DNA of 64,000 nt from NCBI GenBank assembly GCA_009602725.1, contig WELB01000010.1:86381-150380 (forward strand), given 5' to 3'. Source of the DNA: Spirogloea muscicola (Eukaryota). This document shows positions 11,201 through 24,816 of the stretch, piece by piece. Each line of letters begins with the position of its first letter. Position 1 is the stretch's first letter. Made by a program: the position numbers and the translations under genes. The notes beneath the pieces were generated by a model. It was not told where the DNA came from and did not search any database. It saw nothing but the letters and a program-made list of their open reading frames with translations.

Positions 11201-13256
11201 AAAGAGCTCAAGGCAGTACTGCTTCCTCGGAGCTGTCGTTGCTGCTCTGCGCCTCAATGAGACCGTCGGGCTTCCCCAGGTTCAGGATGACAGCAAGCTC
11301 CTGACCCTGCCACCAGGGGAATTGCAAGCATGCTTATGGAGGTCAATGCGGGAATCAGGGGGTAATCTGGTGACTCTGAATTGACCACTCTAGTAATGTC
11401 GATATGTAGATGCTGAGATGGCAATTGTGCTAGCAGCTCTGAGATGGTGCACCACCATTGACAAGCTGCACTCTCACCTGCAGCTCCACCTTCTGCTCGA
11501 GCATGGACTTGGCAGCAGCCAGATGCAGGCGCTCACGCTCATATGCCTCCACCAGCCGGTCACGGCCCTCTATTTCGCGCTTGGAAAGCTCCAACTCCTT
11601 CCCTGCAGCATCCAGTGCGCTCAAGAGCTCCTCCACCTTGCTCTGGAGGTCCTTGCGCGGTGCGGCCTGATCATTTGAGCGAGGCGAGTCCACCGCGGCA
11701 TCATGCGTGCTGCTCTCCTTCGTCTTGGCCAGCTCTGTCTTGAGGGAGGCAATCAGGGCCATGTGCGCAGCCACCTGACGCTCCCGCTCCGATATCTGCG
11801 CCTGCATGTCGAGGATGAGCTCGTCCCGGCTCTTCAGCTGCGCGCGCAGCCGCTGCACGACCTCCTTCTTCATCGTGCCGCTGCCTGCAGTGGCGGAGCT
11901 CCTGTCCTTGCCCGAGGTGAAGAGAAGTGACGCCAAGGCCCCATTTGGCCCATTCTCCTTAATCCTCGCCACCGAGCTTAGGGATGGCAGCTGCACCCTT
12001 GCCGGTACTTCGGCAGTCTGCAGAGCAGGCCCGAGCGATGCGCTCCTGCCGGACAAACCCCTCATGGGCAGGATTGGCGATGCTGATGGGGCCGGGCCGT
12101 CCAGGTCTGGGACTTCCGTCGGCGCCACGGAGCCCTCTGCGCTCCTGGTAAAAACTGAGTCCTGGGCACCACTCCCATTCGCCTCGCTGTCTGCTGTTAA
12201 CTCGGTGGACACTGCGGAAACGACATGCCTGTGAGCGCTGACCGGCTCCAATTCTCACGTAGCTACTTGCACGCGCCACTCCAAAACAGTCTTCTCAATG
12301 TGCAGCATTGCACGGGTCCTCCAGTCTCAGAAACAAGCTCACACGTACTGAGAACAACGGTGCGTCGGTGTTGGCTAGCATACATACCAGGAGCCTTGTG
12401 CAGCTCCAACCTGCCGCCGCCGTCCCTGCTCCGGCGCCTGCGTCCAGCCACAGCAAGGGCAGCCACAGCCCCACCTGCAAGAAGGGCCCAGGTCGCCGCT
12501 CCCAGCCGGCCACCACGGGCTGGTGCTTCGCCAATGTCCTGAAGCGTCAGAGGCGTCTGCGCGGGCCTCCTGGCGCCAATCTTCGCGCTGCTCGCCGACT
12601 CGCTCGGCAAGGGGCCAGGAGCTCCTTGCGTCACAAGCGGAGGCGCTGGAGGTCGAGACAGAGCTCTGGCGGCAGCCTCTGAGGACGCTTGGCCCGCCTG
12701 CAGCGGCTCGAGGGCTGCTCCGTCAATCTCCCTCACCTTATTCTGCGGCAACGGCACCACTCGCAAGTCAGCGCGCAGCCACGCTCGACACGGCAGCGCT
12801 CACGCCATCGGCAGTCAGTCACCTAGCCTGCTGTCAGCTGGGAAGCTTGCGGCACTACGCAATTGGCTGCCGCAGGACCCGCAAGACGCTGTGCTGCCAG
12901 CCATCGACGAGCCACCAGGTAGCAGGCGGGCGAGCTCGGGCGCCAGCGATGGGGGACGGCTTGTGGTGCGAGCTGTCGGCTCACCTGGACGGAAATGCCG
13001 CCCTCCAGCAAGGAGCTGTGCTTCCACTCGGATTTGTGGGCCATTGGCGGCGGCGCTCCGGCCACCGCGACCGGCACCGCCTGTCAGAGCCTTGGCAGAC
13101 ACCCCGCGGGCTTCGACGCCGGGCTAAAAGGCTTCGCCGCGCCGGCTGACGCGAAGCCTACGCGGCAGCCGCCGACGCTTCGAGTGGCGCCGCTTGCCGC
13201 GGCGGGGCGCAGGGCCGGCGACGCGAGAAGCCGGCCGGCTGCCGCGACGGCGCTGG
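8271..13256 (-). CDS. Large multi-exon protein of unknown function with one hydrophobic segment and long coiled coils; start probably in the N-gap
   Basis: Successive minus-strand exons with GT-AG ends: WALLAGGAVAALAVAGRRRR (TM plus basic), KKEVVQRLRAQLKSRDELILDMQAQISE..., MTDLQQEVEDLSNAL, SMEVKRMQVAEKREE, MSELSAKLQK..., and a low-complexity last exon at 8271-9045. The span could represent two genes. Confidence 0.6.
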
Positions 13257-13690
13257 NNNNNNNNNNNNNNNNNNNNNNNNNNNNNNNNNNNNNNNNNNNN
13301 NNNNNNNNNNNNNNNNNNNNNNNNNNNNNNNNNNNNNNNNNNNNNNNNNNNNNNNNNNNNNNNNNNNNNNNNNNNNNNNNNNNNNNNNNNNNNNNNNNNN
13401 NNNNNNNNNNNNNNNNNNNNNNNNNNNNNNNNNNNNNNNNNNNNNNNNNNNNNNNNNNNNNNNNNNNNNNNNNNNNNNNNNNNNNNNNNNNNNNNNNNNN
13501 NNNNNNNNNNNNNNNNNNNNNNNNNNNNNNNNNNNNNNNNNNNNNNNNNNNNNNNNNNNNNNNNNNNNNNNNNNNNNNNNNNNNNNNNNNNNNNNNNNNN
13601 NNNNNNNNNNNNNNNNNNNNNNNNNNNNNNNNNNNNNNNNNNNNNNNNNNNNNNNNNNNNNNNNNNNNNNNNNNNNNNNNNNNNNNNNNN

Positions 13691-16382
13691 CCCGGCCGCA
13701 GGCCCGCCGCGGCTCTTCTGCACCACCGCCGCGGCCGCCGGCCCAACGAGACCCTCCTCCGTCGACGACGTCGCCCGGCACGTCTACGACGGCTCCGGCG
13801 GGCGACGGCCGGCTGACGGCGGCGAGCGGCGACAGCCGCCGCGGAGCGCGGGCAGGGCGACGAGCGTCGACCGCCAGGAGGCGGCCAAGTTCGCGGCGCT
13901 GGCGGACTCCTGGTCAGCGTCATGGCCGCTCCCCGCTCCGCTAGCCATTCAGCCGTCAGGCGCCGTCGCGTGCTCAGCTCTCGCCGCCCCGTTGCCTCCT
14001 GCATGCGGCCTGACGGTCAGGGCCCGCGTACAGCTAGTGTCACGCAGCACTTGCCATGCTGCAGTCTTGTCTGCTTGCCATTTGCTTGTCCTCGCAGCAC
14101 GCGTCTGCGTCAGACCATAGCCTGCCTGCCCCAGGCTTCTGGCGCGCTCAGAGGCGAACGAAGCGAGTGTGGAGGTGTGTGTCTCATTGCTGGGCGCCAT
14201 CGACCGTTTCTGGCAGGTGGGACCACCGAGGGCCGTATGCAGGGCTCCACGCCATGAACCCTGTGCGCATCTCCTTCATCCGCTCCTCCCTCTGCCTGCA
14301 CTTCGGGTGCGTCACCTCAGCTCGGCGCAGCTGCAGCTGCACAGCTGTGCAGCTTGCCTGCTACAGAAGAGATCCTTCCCCGTCCTCACACTGGGCTCAC
14401 ACAGCACAGACCATTCTAGAGATCTTGTTATCCTTTTGTTGACGCTATCAGCAATGGAGGTTTCAGCATCCAGCAGATTCACCACCATTCTCTCCTTGCT
14501 TAGCAATGTCTTCATATCTGTCAATCGTGCTTTGGGAGTTACAGCTGCGCCTCATGAGTTACTCACCAGCCTTGAAGCTTGCTTCGTATTTGGCATACAC
14601 AAAAAGCCTACTCACGACTGCTGCTTATCAGTCGCATCTTTGCTGAAAGCCCTTGAGTCCTGTGTTCCTGCTTTTGTCTTGGCAGGTTGGACCCTGGTGC
14701 TGCTCGACCACTGTCACGCCTCCGCATTCTGGATGTTGGTTGTGGTGGCGGTTTGTTGACCGAGGTATGGTGCAAACACCTAGCAGGCTTCTGAGGCGTT
14801 CTTGAAAGCTCAGAGCTTCTCATCATGCATCATATGAATTGGGTCTCTGCTTGCGCTCCTCAGAGTAAGAGTAGGAGTGGGTGCCCCTTGTCCTTGTCAT
14901 GGGTCATATACACAAATCACTCGCAGCGTAATTCATCCCTTCATGATGACCTTGGCTCTTCAATCAGCCGCTGGCAAGAATGGGAGCAGAGGTCACAGGG
15001 TTGGACGCAACAGAAGAGAGTGTCCGCGTTGCTGCTGTGCATGCGGTAAGCGCCCACGTTGTGTAGTGCTCATTTGCCACAATTTAGCTGATAAATACAG
15101 TCACCGCACGTTTGTGTAGAACAGTCCATTACTACGTGTGTGCAGGCCCTGTCCTATGCTACAGCCCCCTGAGTGCAAGGGTACATTGAACGCAGCATCT
15201 TCAGCAGGGGCTCAGACTTTTCCCCCTGTCTGGGTTCAGGCCAGAGACCCTTTGACATCCTCCATACGATACATCTGCACAACCGCAGGTGAGCACATTA
15301 TTTGACATATTCTAAGGAGCTGTGGCTACATCTAACTTGCTCCAAATGTGCCAGGGACAGCATTCTGTGCAGCTCGATCTGGATGTACTTCTTGGTCTAG
15401 AGTGGAATGTACGTTCAGCATGTCGTGTGGTGCTTGCATGCAGAAGCTCTTGCTAGCGAAGGACAGCACTTTGACGTTGTCACCTCTCTTGAGGTGGCCG
15501 TTGCTCGACATCATCTTCCTGGTTCGCTTTGTAGAGCACCAATTTCGCCATCATGAACAGCATCCGCTTGGACCTTGCAAGGGCATTCTAGAGTTGTACT
15601 GCATCCAGCCGCCTCCGGGCTTGTTCTCGACTCGGATTGAGGAACATGTCGTACATGACAGGTCATTGAGCATGTCGCAAGCCCCGATAGCTTTTGCCAG
15701 TCTTTGAGTGACCTGTGTTGGCCTGGAGGAGCAGTTTTTGTCTCCACAATTAACAGGACAGCCAGGTCCTTTTTACTTGCCATTGGTGCTGCCGAGTACA
15801 TTCTGCGACTGGTGAGTGAAGCCGTATGCCTTGTTTCCTGGGAGTCAAGAGCTTTTCTCTTTCTAATAGCTAGGCTGCTTCAGCTTACATGGCACTACAT
15901 GGCAACCACAGACCCTCCCGGTCAGTCTTTAAGGACGTCTTCCTCTGCCTTCACAGAATGATCTTGTCCAAATCTGGTCAAAGCAGCGCTGCTGCCTGTT
16001 GAGGGTGTATGTTTGTGGGTATAGGTTGCCAAGGGTACCCATGACTGGCATAAGTTTGTAACTCCAGTGGAGCTTGCTCTCCTCTTTCAACGTGCAGGCC
16101 TGAAGGTAAGCCCGTAACATAGCTCTGTTCAAGTCTGACTGAAAACCGCAGAGTGAGCTCTCAGGGCTGTTGTCTACCTTGGAACTCTGTTAATGTGCAC
16201 ATGGTCTTTCTTGCCAGGGCTTGTTGGCCTTTGAATTTGCCACCAACAGTGACTGTTGCTGTTGCTGTCAGTTGGACGAGATTGCGGGCATGACTTACAA
16301 TCCCTTGGCACGCACGTGGAACTTGGTCGAGGACAGTGCTGTCAACTTCATTGCCTCTGCTGTCAAGAGTGGCAGCAGCTAG
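13691..16382 (+). CDS. COQ3: Ubiquinone biosynthesis O-methyltransferase (UbiG/COQ3), mitochondrial; N-terminus in gap
   Basis: Exons encode TSVDRQEAAKFAALADSW-WDHRGPYAGLHAMNPVRISFI, ILDVGCGGGLLTE (SAM motif I), PLARMGAEVTGLD, VIEHV...STINRTARSFLLAIGAAEYILRL, KGTHDWHKFVTP and GMTYNPL...; stop at 16380-16382. Confidence 0.95.
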
Positions 16383-16769
16383 CACTAGAGTGAGAAAAGT
16401 GTGATTGCGTGCTTACTTGAAGTGTAGGCAGCATCATTAGGGTGTAGTAGTGAGCACGTCTGCAGCAGATTGCTGTCATTAATGTGTGAAGCACTTGGTT
16501 GCTACAAGGCAGGAACAATACACTGTTCAGCAGACATGTCTGCAAGAAGTCAGCATACTCCGCTGAGCAATTTAATAGGCTGTGAATCACATACTTGCTG
16601 AGCAATGCTAAGAGTAATAGACAACAGTCCGCTGTCTCTGTCCGAGCAGCGTCGCACCGGAGCAGCACTTCTTGGAAGTGCAGGTCAGCGCAGAACAATA
16701 TAAGGCACCGGGAGTGCTGTACAAAGTATGGCCGTGCATGCGCGGGACAAGGGTCGCTGCTTCCTGCGA

Positions 16770-18941
16770 TTACTTGAACAGGCGAGCTGAGCACGGATTG
16801 ATGCCAAGCTTCGCAATGGTCCACACGGAGCCAAACCCGACCCAGAGTCCGGCGGCCAGGAGGATGAGCAGGCGCAGGCCGAGGTCCAGCGGGTGCTCCT
16901 CGCACGCGGGGCGGGAGGGCAGAATGGCCATCAGCGCAGCACAGGGCCCAATGCCCGCGAGGCCAACAAGCGTGGACAGCACACGGCGCTGCCAGCTGAG
17001 GCACATGGCCAGCTCCGAGCCGCCTGCTGTGCCATGGAAGCAGAGCTCCAGGAGCGGGCCGGCGAGCAGGACGCCGCACAGCGCCCCCACCTCCACGAGA
17101 TACGGCTTCAGCCGGCGTGGTCGCAGCTCCCGCATCCGGACAAGCGCCGGCAGCTCGGCCTCCCCACCGGTCAGGCCCTCACCATTGACTGCATCGGCTC
17201 TGCCGATATTGTCGAGGCTTGTGAGCGGCGATGTCGCCAGCAGGGAGGCAGGGCCAGAGATGCGGCCACCTTTGCTGGCCACGGCCTGCATGCCCTTCTC
17301 AGGCAAGGTCGACACTGACAGCGCCGTCTTAAGCTGAGCGCTGCCTGTTCGCCTCAGCTGCTTCAGAGCCAGGCCTTTGGCGTACGCCTGGCGGGCCTGA
17401 GCCTGCCATGCCTCCCGCTTGACCTCGTCCTCAGCTGGCAGGACCTTCCGGATGCACAGCAGCGCCAGCAGAATCGCTGCTGGGAGTGCGACCGATGCCG
17501 CCATGCGCTGGGCCGACGACAGAGCGAGGTAAGCTTGCTGGAGGCCGCCACCGAACCACGCCGAGGGCACGCCAAAGCCAAGGAGCCAGCCGAGGACGAT
17601 ATCATGCAGGAAGTGCACGCCAAGGTACACCCGTGACGCCCCCGTGCTGAGGACCAGGAGGCCCAGCCAGAGGAGATGCCACCCGGCGCCAGCAGTGCCA
17701 AACCTGCTCCAAACGCAGGTTGCAGCCAAGAGTCGAAATATGAGCTTGTATGGCTTTTGCTGGTGTGGCGGTCGCCCTCGCTAACCCAAAGCAGCAGAAC
17801 ACTATCGCACTGTGTGAGAGCTGGCTACTTGTCAGATCGAGTTCTGGAAGCCAAAAGAAAATTTTGCGGTGCAGTAGCTGTCGGGTATTTGACAACAGCG
17901 AGTACAGCCTCCTTGACACGCTGCGGCAACTTCTTGGTGTCCTGAACTAGTGCATGTATATTGATACTTGCCGACGCAGGGGGTGAATCTTGTCAGACTG
18001 ATTGCAGCGAGTCCAGGCGCCTCACCTCCAGAAGACGGTCGAGAAGAGGGCGGCCGAGATCATCGAGTGACCTGAGGGGAAGGAGTAGTCGCTCTCCCAT
18101 GCGCCGCCAATGTTGAGGATCCGCGCAGAGAGCCACAGCGGCCTTGGAGCGCGGCAGGCCCACTTGATGGCACCGTTGAGCAACTCGGTCATCGTGAGCA
18201 GGATGTAGAATGACACTCCTGCACTTGCGTAGCACGCTGGGTCAAGTTGAAGCCCTTCAAAGCCCCGGCACAGTCGTCCTTTACTTACACAGCGTCGAGC
18301 AGCCCGGGCTCAACGGCGGCCTTGCTGGCAAGTGGAAGGAGGAAGGTGGAAGAGAAGGGCGGCAGAGGACCTAGCCCTCACCCAGCTTGTAGTCGAGCGC
18401 CCACGTGGTGAGCGCGCCAGCTGCGAGGAGGAGCCCGTCACCGAGGAGGTGGTGGAGCGCAATGGCGGCCGCGTCGAGGCGCGGGCTGTGAGCCAGATGA
18501 GGGGGCAGACATCGTGCCACCGCATCAGTGTGGGCTCGAACAAAGCTGAGCTGAGCACGGCTGAGCTCAGCTGACTGAGCTCGAGCTGGGCGCCCAAGTG
18601 GCTCGCATCTTGGCACTGGAGGCGGGTCGCAGCTCGCATAGCTAGCCAGTGCTGCGGCCCACATAGAGTGGGGAGGGGGACCTGAAGCGGGACTGGAGCC
18701 ACGCGATGAGGCCAATCTCCCACTGAGCAATGCGCTTCCCGGCAGCCGACAGCGATTTGCAACCCGCGGCCAGCGGCGGCGACGGCGGCGGCGGCAGCGG
18801 CGGCGATGGCGGCGGCGTTGGCGGCGGCGGCGGAGGCTGCGTGGGCTTCTGGAGCCCGCTGGGGCGGGGTGACTGGACAAGCCCCGGGTGGGGAGGGGGG
18901 GTGACAAAGCTGGACTGGAGTAGTGCGTACCGTNCTGGCAT
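16770..18941 (-). CDS. PAP2-superfamily membrane lipid/sphingoid phosphate phosphatase
   Basis: The three PAP2 motifs are present: IKWACRAPRP, YSFPSGHS and SRVYLGVHFLHDI, plus several TM segments. ATG at 18941. Confidence 0.88.
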
Positions 18942-19104
18942 TGGCGGCGACGGCGGCGGCGGCGCGGGGACACGCCCGGGCCAGCACGCGGCGGCGGCGG
19001 CCAGTCTAACGAATACCACTCAGGGACGCTTAACCCACGCAGAAGAATCGCGGAAGCCGGCCGAGCGCCAACAACTCTCAGACGCCAGCCATTGCTAGGA
19101 ATGG

Positions 19105-21590
19105 CGAGAGAGAGAGAGACAGAAGAAAGTGCTCGCCTGTAGAGAAGAGGAGGTGGCAAAGCCAGCCCAAAAAGAATGGACAATGTCCAAAGCCAAAGAA
19201 AGCAGTGCCGAAACAGGACAACACTAACAAACACGACAACGCACGAGGGAGGCTCAGTAGAAGAAAGTGCTCGCCCATTGAGAATAGGGGCTGGAAAAGC
19301 CAGCCCAAAAAGAATCAACAAAGGACGAGAAGGGGGCCAGGGGAAGCGCTAAGAAAAACAAGCACACAAAGAAACAAAGCAGCTACGGATCACTCAGTAA
19401 CCCCTGCTAAGCAGCCTCAGGTCAGAGACGCTCAGTAGCCTCCAGTGAGCAACATCAGGTCGGAGTAGCTCGTGGCAGGGGGGGAGAAGGCGCGCGGGGC
19501 GCATGAATTGAAAGGGAGGCCAATTCAAGCCAATACATTGTTCAGGCAGAGTCGAGTGCAGACTAAACAATGCTACATAACACGGAGACCTAATCTAAGG
19601 TACTTAAGATGACATTAGTACCCACGGGCAGGGAAGAAGAAGAAGGGAAGGAGGCACTCTGCCGAGACCCAGAGGCGGCGGCCAGAGCACGTCCTGCTCG
19701 CGTGTGGACGGCGTGGGCAAGGGATAGTTGGAACGATACCGCCAGGCGCATGCGCAAGACCGGGGCCAACGAACCGGCGGCGTTGAAGCCGGGCAGCGCC
19801 CCTGGCAGACCCGGCCGCCGGTCAATGGCCTGACAGGCAAGCCGCTGGAGGAGATCCAGCCAGCGGCTGCCGAAAGCCCCGTGAACGTCGATCGCCAGGG
19901 CCGCGAAGTCGTCACCAACCGGGTGGTCCGCATATTTTCGCTCGCTCGGGGGGTTGGAGGCCGGTGGCGGTTTAAGCCCCGGGCCTCGTTCACAATCAGC
20001 ATTGTCCATTGTCCATCTGTTTTTGGGCGAGCACTTCTGCTTTGCCAGCCCCTCTTCTCTATGGGCGAGCTCTTCTTTTTTGGCCCCTTCGGACCTCGTC
20101 TATTCCCAGCCACCAGTCAACCTGGCCGCGCTTCTCTCTTGTGGCTGGCTGTGAACAGCCAGCCAAAACCGCGTTCCCTGCCCCTTCGCAACTTCGTACA
20201 TTCTTTTCTCTGGGCTGGCCTCGCTCAGCCACCGCCCTCTCCTGGAAGCGTCTTTCTTCTGTTCACAGCCGTCGACCCCTTTTGTTGTTCTTCTGGGAGA
20301 GCCACTTCCAAAATTTTTTTCACAAAAGGGGCGGCCGCGGCTTGAACGGCGCGGCCGCTCCCCAGCCGTCCGGGTCACGCGGTGCACACGCGAGCGACGG
20401 TCTTGAATCAGCTCTTCCGAGAGAGAGAGAGAGAAGGCGTGCAGTGCGCATCACATGCAAGGGTGGACATACAAGCCATACAAGCCAACACATTGTTCAG
20501 GCCAAAAAAGGCAACAGAAGGCAATGGCTGTTAGAGATGGACTTTTCAGTAAAGGGCTGCAGTTGGCCAGCCCAGAATGAAGGATGAACAAAGTTTGAAG
20601 GGGCCAGAAAAGCGCTGAAGCACACAGCGACTTAAGTGGCCACTGGGTGCTCAATATCCCCTTGTGAGCAGCCGCAGGTAGGAGAAATTATTCTCGGGGT
20701 AGCAGGTCCCCTGCCTATGGCTAAAGGCTGCAGCCAAAGCGCGACCGGCACGCAGATGCAACGCGTGTGCCATATGACTCCTGCAGCGGTACTGACAGGC
20801 GCATGCGCTACACCTGGGCCAGAGAGCCTGCAGCATTGAAGGCGGCCTGCTCACCCTTCGTGACATTGGGATACCAAGCTGCGCACTAGCCGGTGCAGGA
20901 GCTCGTGTTAGCCCCAGAGGATGAACAAGCACCCGCGAGCCTGGCACAGCGCCCACAACGCGCTTAGCTGCTGCCAGCGTGGGGCTTGCGTGGCGCTTGC
21001 ATGGCAATGGCCGCGTGCTTCTGGCCCTCACTACCGCATTCGCGTCGGCGGTGAGGTTAGCCCGTAGAGAAACTGCTCTGCCAACGCAAGGCAATGGCTG
21101 TAGAGGCCAGCACCAAGGAATGTACAAGGTCTGGAAGGGCCGGACGGGGCAAAAGCACATTCCGTGACTTCCACGAGGGGGCACTCAGTAACCTCTGGTT
21201 AGCAAGTCCAGGTCAAAATTGAAGTGAGAAGGCAGTGCGCACAAAGTGAAAGGGATGCCAAGCAAGTACAAGGCGTGGTTCATTCTCTTTCGGGCTGGCC
21301 TCGCACAGCCCTTGCCCATTCCAGAGCTGCTTCTTCGTGATGGCCACAAGAAGGCGATGAGCATGCGCCTGTATTTGAGGACTGCCATCAGCTAACAGTA
21401 CACTTGATAGATAGCCATGATAGCAGGTGCGCATAAAATCAAAGGGGCGAAACCGAGCCATTGCAATATGACCAAGAACGCCAGCTGACTGAAACGAAGT
21501 CAACGGCCATGAGAGGAGTTGCGCATAAAATGCAAGGGAGGCCAGAGTAAGCTATTAGTATATGACCAAGGACGTCAGCTGACTGAAATG
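19105..21590. mobile_element. Cluster of nested 5'-truncated CRE-like (RLE) non-LTR retrotransposon 3' ends
   Basis: Fragments encode ERKYADHPVGDDFAALAIDVHGAFG...RMRLAVSFQLSLAHAVHTRAGRAL and LLTRGY*. Several 3'-UTR types here recur elsewhere in the window in both orientations. Confidence 0.75.
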
Positions 21591-21859
21591 ACTGCATACC
21601 GTACAGCTAAACCATTCGGGTAACCGACGGGCGGCTGCCCCAGCGGCAACCGCGCCGCCAAGGCCGCCGCCGAAGTCGCCGTCGAGGTCGCCGCCGTTGG
21701 CGTGTCCGGTGACGTCGCGGGAGGGCGCGCGAGGCGCGGGGGCGCAAGAGCGCGCCGCGCGCGCGGCCTTGGCGGCAGCGCGGCGGCGAGGAGTCGGGCG
21801 GCGGCTGGGACGGCCGGCCCTGCCCGGCGACGGCTGCGGCAGCATCGGCTTCCGGAAGC

Positions 21860-24816
21860 ATGGGCTTGGCGCTCAGCAGCCTCTGGCCCATGGGACCTTT
21901 TGCGGCCGGATGCGCCGTCGCGGTGCGTGGCTGCCGTCACAGCGTTGTTGGGACAGCCTTCCGGCAGGGATAACTGCGGCGTGCCTCTGCAGGCCAGTCG
22001 TCCAAGCCAGGGGGACTCAGCGAAGGGTCCAGCGTCGAGGTCTCGGCAGGGCCTGCTGACTGGAGACGGGGAAAATGCCATCACAGGTGACGCTGGCCGT
22101 GCTTTGGATTTCCAGCTACATCCTGGACTGGCTCAACCAGCTTGATGCCGGGACAAGGTGACTACCTTCTAGAGCTGCACTGGGTGTGCTCAACAATGTC
22201 ACGCGGGCTGTGCACCACTCCTCTTAGTGCTATGACGGGCTTTCTATTGTACTCTTTGTCATTGTCATTGTGTCCTCAAACATTCCTGATGCACTCTGTG
22301 AAGGACGTTGGGAGCTGAGGCCCACTTTGAGGACCCCACCTCCCTCAACAAGGTATGTTCCTGCGCTTTTACTCCTGTAGGCTTGCTGCATTGGAGATCA
22401 AGTACGTCCATCAGTACCTTCTCTTCCACTCGCCCGAAGAGCCTGGTTGTGATTTGCATTCTGGTGCGCTGCAGGTGCCACTCCCTTCTATCCTGGCGCC
22501 TGCTCAGAAGTACCTCTCCCTGGTCACGCCTGCGTTCAACGAGGAGGCCAGGATAGCACCAGCCCTCGATGAGGCCCTGAGGTGTGTCCCTGATTCTGTG
22601 AGTTTGTTGCCAGGCAAGCTTGAAGGGTTTAAGATTTTGAGGGCTTGAGATGCAGGTGCTTGCTCCTTGACCTAGACATGGTCACGCTGTAGCCGCATGC
22701 TCATCCTCATTGGCTGCTAAGAAGTTGGACAGGTTGTGGGTACTAGATAAATTCCACGGCCGGCAGCATGATACATGATACTACCCTGACAGATTGGACG
22801 GCTCAATGCTCAATGGTCAAGGTACTTGAAGGAGCGGTCGAGGAAGGACAAATTCTTCACATATGAGGTGTGTTGTTCAGCTGACTTGCACTTGCCCTGC
22901 ATCGTCCTACCTTCCGGCCTGGCCAAATATTTGAGTAGTGCAGCTCTTTGGCAAGCCAGGCTTACACGCTTTTCTATCACTTCCTTGTGTTGTCCTGCAT
23001 TCTGACAAGCTGCCCATTACCATGGCCACCTTCTTCACCTACTGAAGATCATAGTGGTAGACGATGGGAGCATGGACAATACTGTCAAGGTGGTGCTGGA
23101 GTTTACCAAAAAGTATGGACTTGACACAGTCAGAGTCGTCAAGCAGCATCGGAATCAGGGCAAAGGTGCTGCTGTTCGAAAGGTCAGCACCACCCTTTGT
23201 TTGTCCTTGCAGAAGTGAGCTCCAATGATGCTACAGTCAAAGTGACCGGTAGTCTCACTAACGTCCTGGCATAGATCCGCCAGCTGAGAAGATTGTGTCC
23301 AGGTAGTGTGTGGCCGTATGACCACCACAGTTGAGTGACATTGCTTAATATTCACCATTACTTGTGGTATTGTGTTATTGTGGTATTGTGTGGCAGGGAA
23401 TGCTGTGTGCCCGTGGGGAGTTGATTCTTTTCTTTGACTCAGATGGTGCCACTAAGATTACTGATCTTGAGAAACTTGAGCTAGAAGTATGCTCTCAAAG
23501 CTCCATACATCTGCACCACTTTGGTTGCCAGATAGTTGACAGGGTATAGCAACAGATGTGGATAGCTAGGATGTTACATTTAATGTTCACCAATTACAGC
23601 TTACACGAGCACGAAGTAGCCCAGGCTTGTTTGACTTGCATTGCTTAGCGGCCACACTCTCTGCTTCTGGAGCATTAAAAGCACTCTGAACCTACAGATT
23701 CAAGAAGCTGCCGCTGAAGTCACACTCAAGCACCTGAACTCCAAGACGAGCAAGGAAAAGAATGAAGCTGGTCTTGGGGACATTCCAGCGGCTGCATTTG
23801 GATCACGAGCACATCTTGAAAAGCAGGCTTTAGCAACTGTAAGTACTAATACCGGTTCTGGTTTTATATTGTTCCTCCCCTTATGGGTTGTCCGTGAGGA
23901 GTGCAGCTGTGCACAGCAGGCGTTGTGCAGAGTAGTATACTTGTTGGCACGATGATAATGGCATCTTACTTCGATACCCTTCCATTCCTTTTCAGAGAAA
24001 GTGGTACAGGAATGTGCTCATGCTGGGGTTCCATTGGTGTGTACTGCTTGTTGCGGGATCTGGGGTGCGAGACACACAGGCAAGTATGGTTAAAGCTTGA
24101 TTTATTAGATCTACCCTTGAAGAACATGTGAGTGTAGACACACAATTTGAGTGCTCAACATGTAGCTGATAGTAAGTAGCTGGGTTTCATTGTGTTGTTC
24201 ATCATAGGCTGCTAGTATGCAGGCTCTGACGCCTTTAATTAGAGTTTGCTCATGGTAGTACGTTGTTGTTCACATGCTATTTCGAAGTTTGCCAGTGATG
24301 TGCCTGACATCAACTCTGTTTTTACCATGTCTGCAACTTCTTTGTTGTTATCAGTGTGGCTTCAAGATGTTTACACGTTCTGCTGCGAAGCTGCTGTTCT
24401 TCAATCAACGATTAAACAGGCAAGCAATAAAAGCTAATTGAAAGATTCCAGCTGGCAATCGCCCTGAATAGTAACCGAAACTGAAGCACTGGACATGGAG
24501 TATCGGCCTTTTTCGGTTTTCGTTTTGCAGTATGAAGTGCATGTTGCAGTCCTGAGTGGTATTCTTCAGCCTGCGCACTTTTGGTAAGGGAATTGAAGAT
24601 AATCTGTAATGCAGGTGGTGCTTTGATGTTGAGCTCGTCTACTTGTGCAAGCGCTTGAAAGTGCCCATCCGGGAGGTCTCTGTAACATGGACAGAGATAC
24701 CCGGATCAAAGATTAGAATCACAAGTATCTTACACATGCTCTTAGAGATGGCATTGATTCGTTTAGGATATGGTTTCCGCTTTTGGAGAATACATCGTGG
24801 CTTCTTAAAGCTATGA
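21860..24816 (+). CDS. ALG5: Dolichyl-phosphate beta-glucosyltransferase (GT2)
   Basis: Exons encode KYLSLVTPAFNEEARI, IIVVDDGSMDNT, NQGKGAAVRKGML, LFFDSDGATKITDLEKL, AFGSRAHLEKQA, RDTQ-CGFKMFTR and RWCFDVELVYLC...WTEIPGSK; stop at 24814-24816. Confidence 0.95.

Noticed and set aside
13084..14120. ORFs crossing the 13257-13690 gap
   Set aside because: The frames stay open only because of Ns; the flanks belong to two divergent genes.
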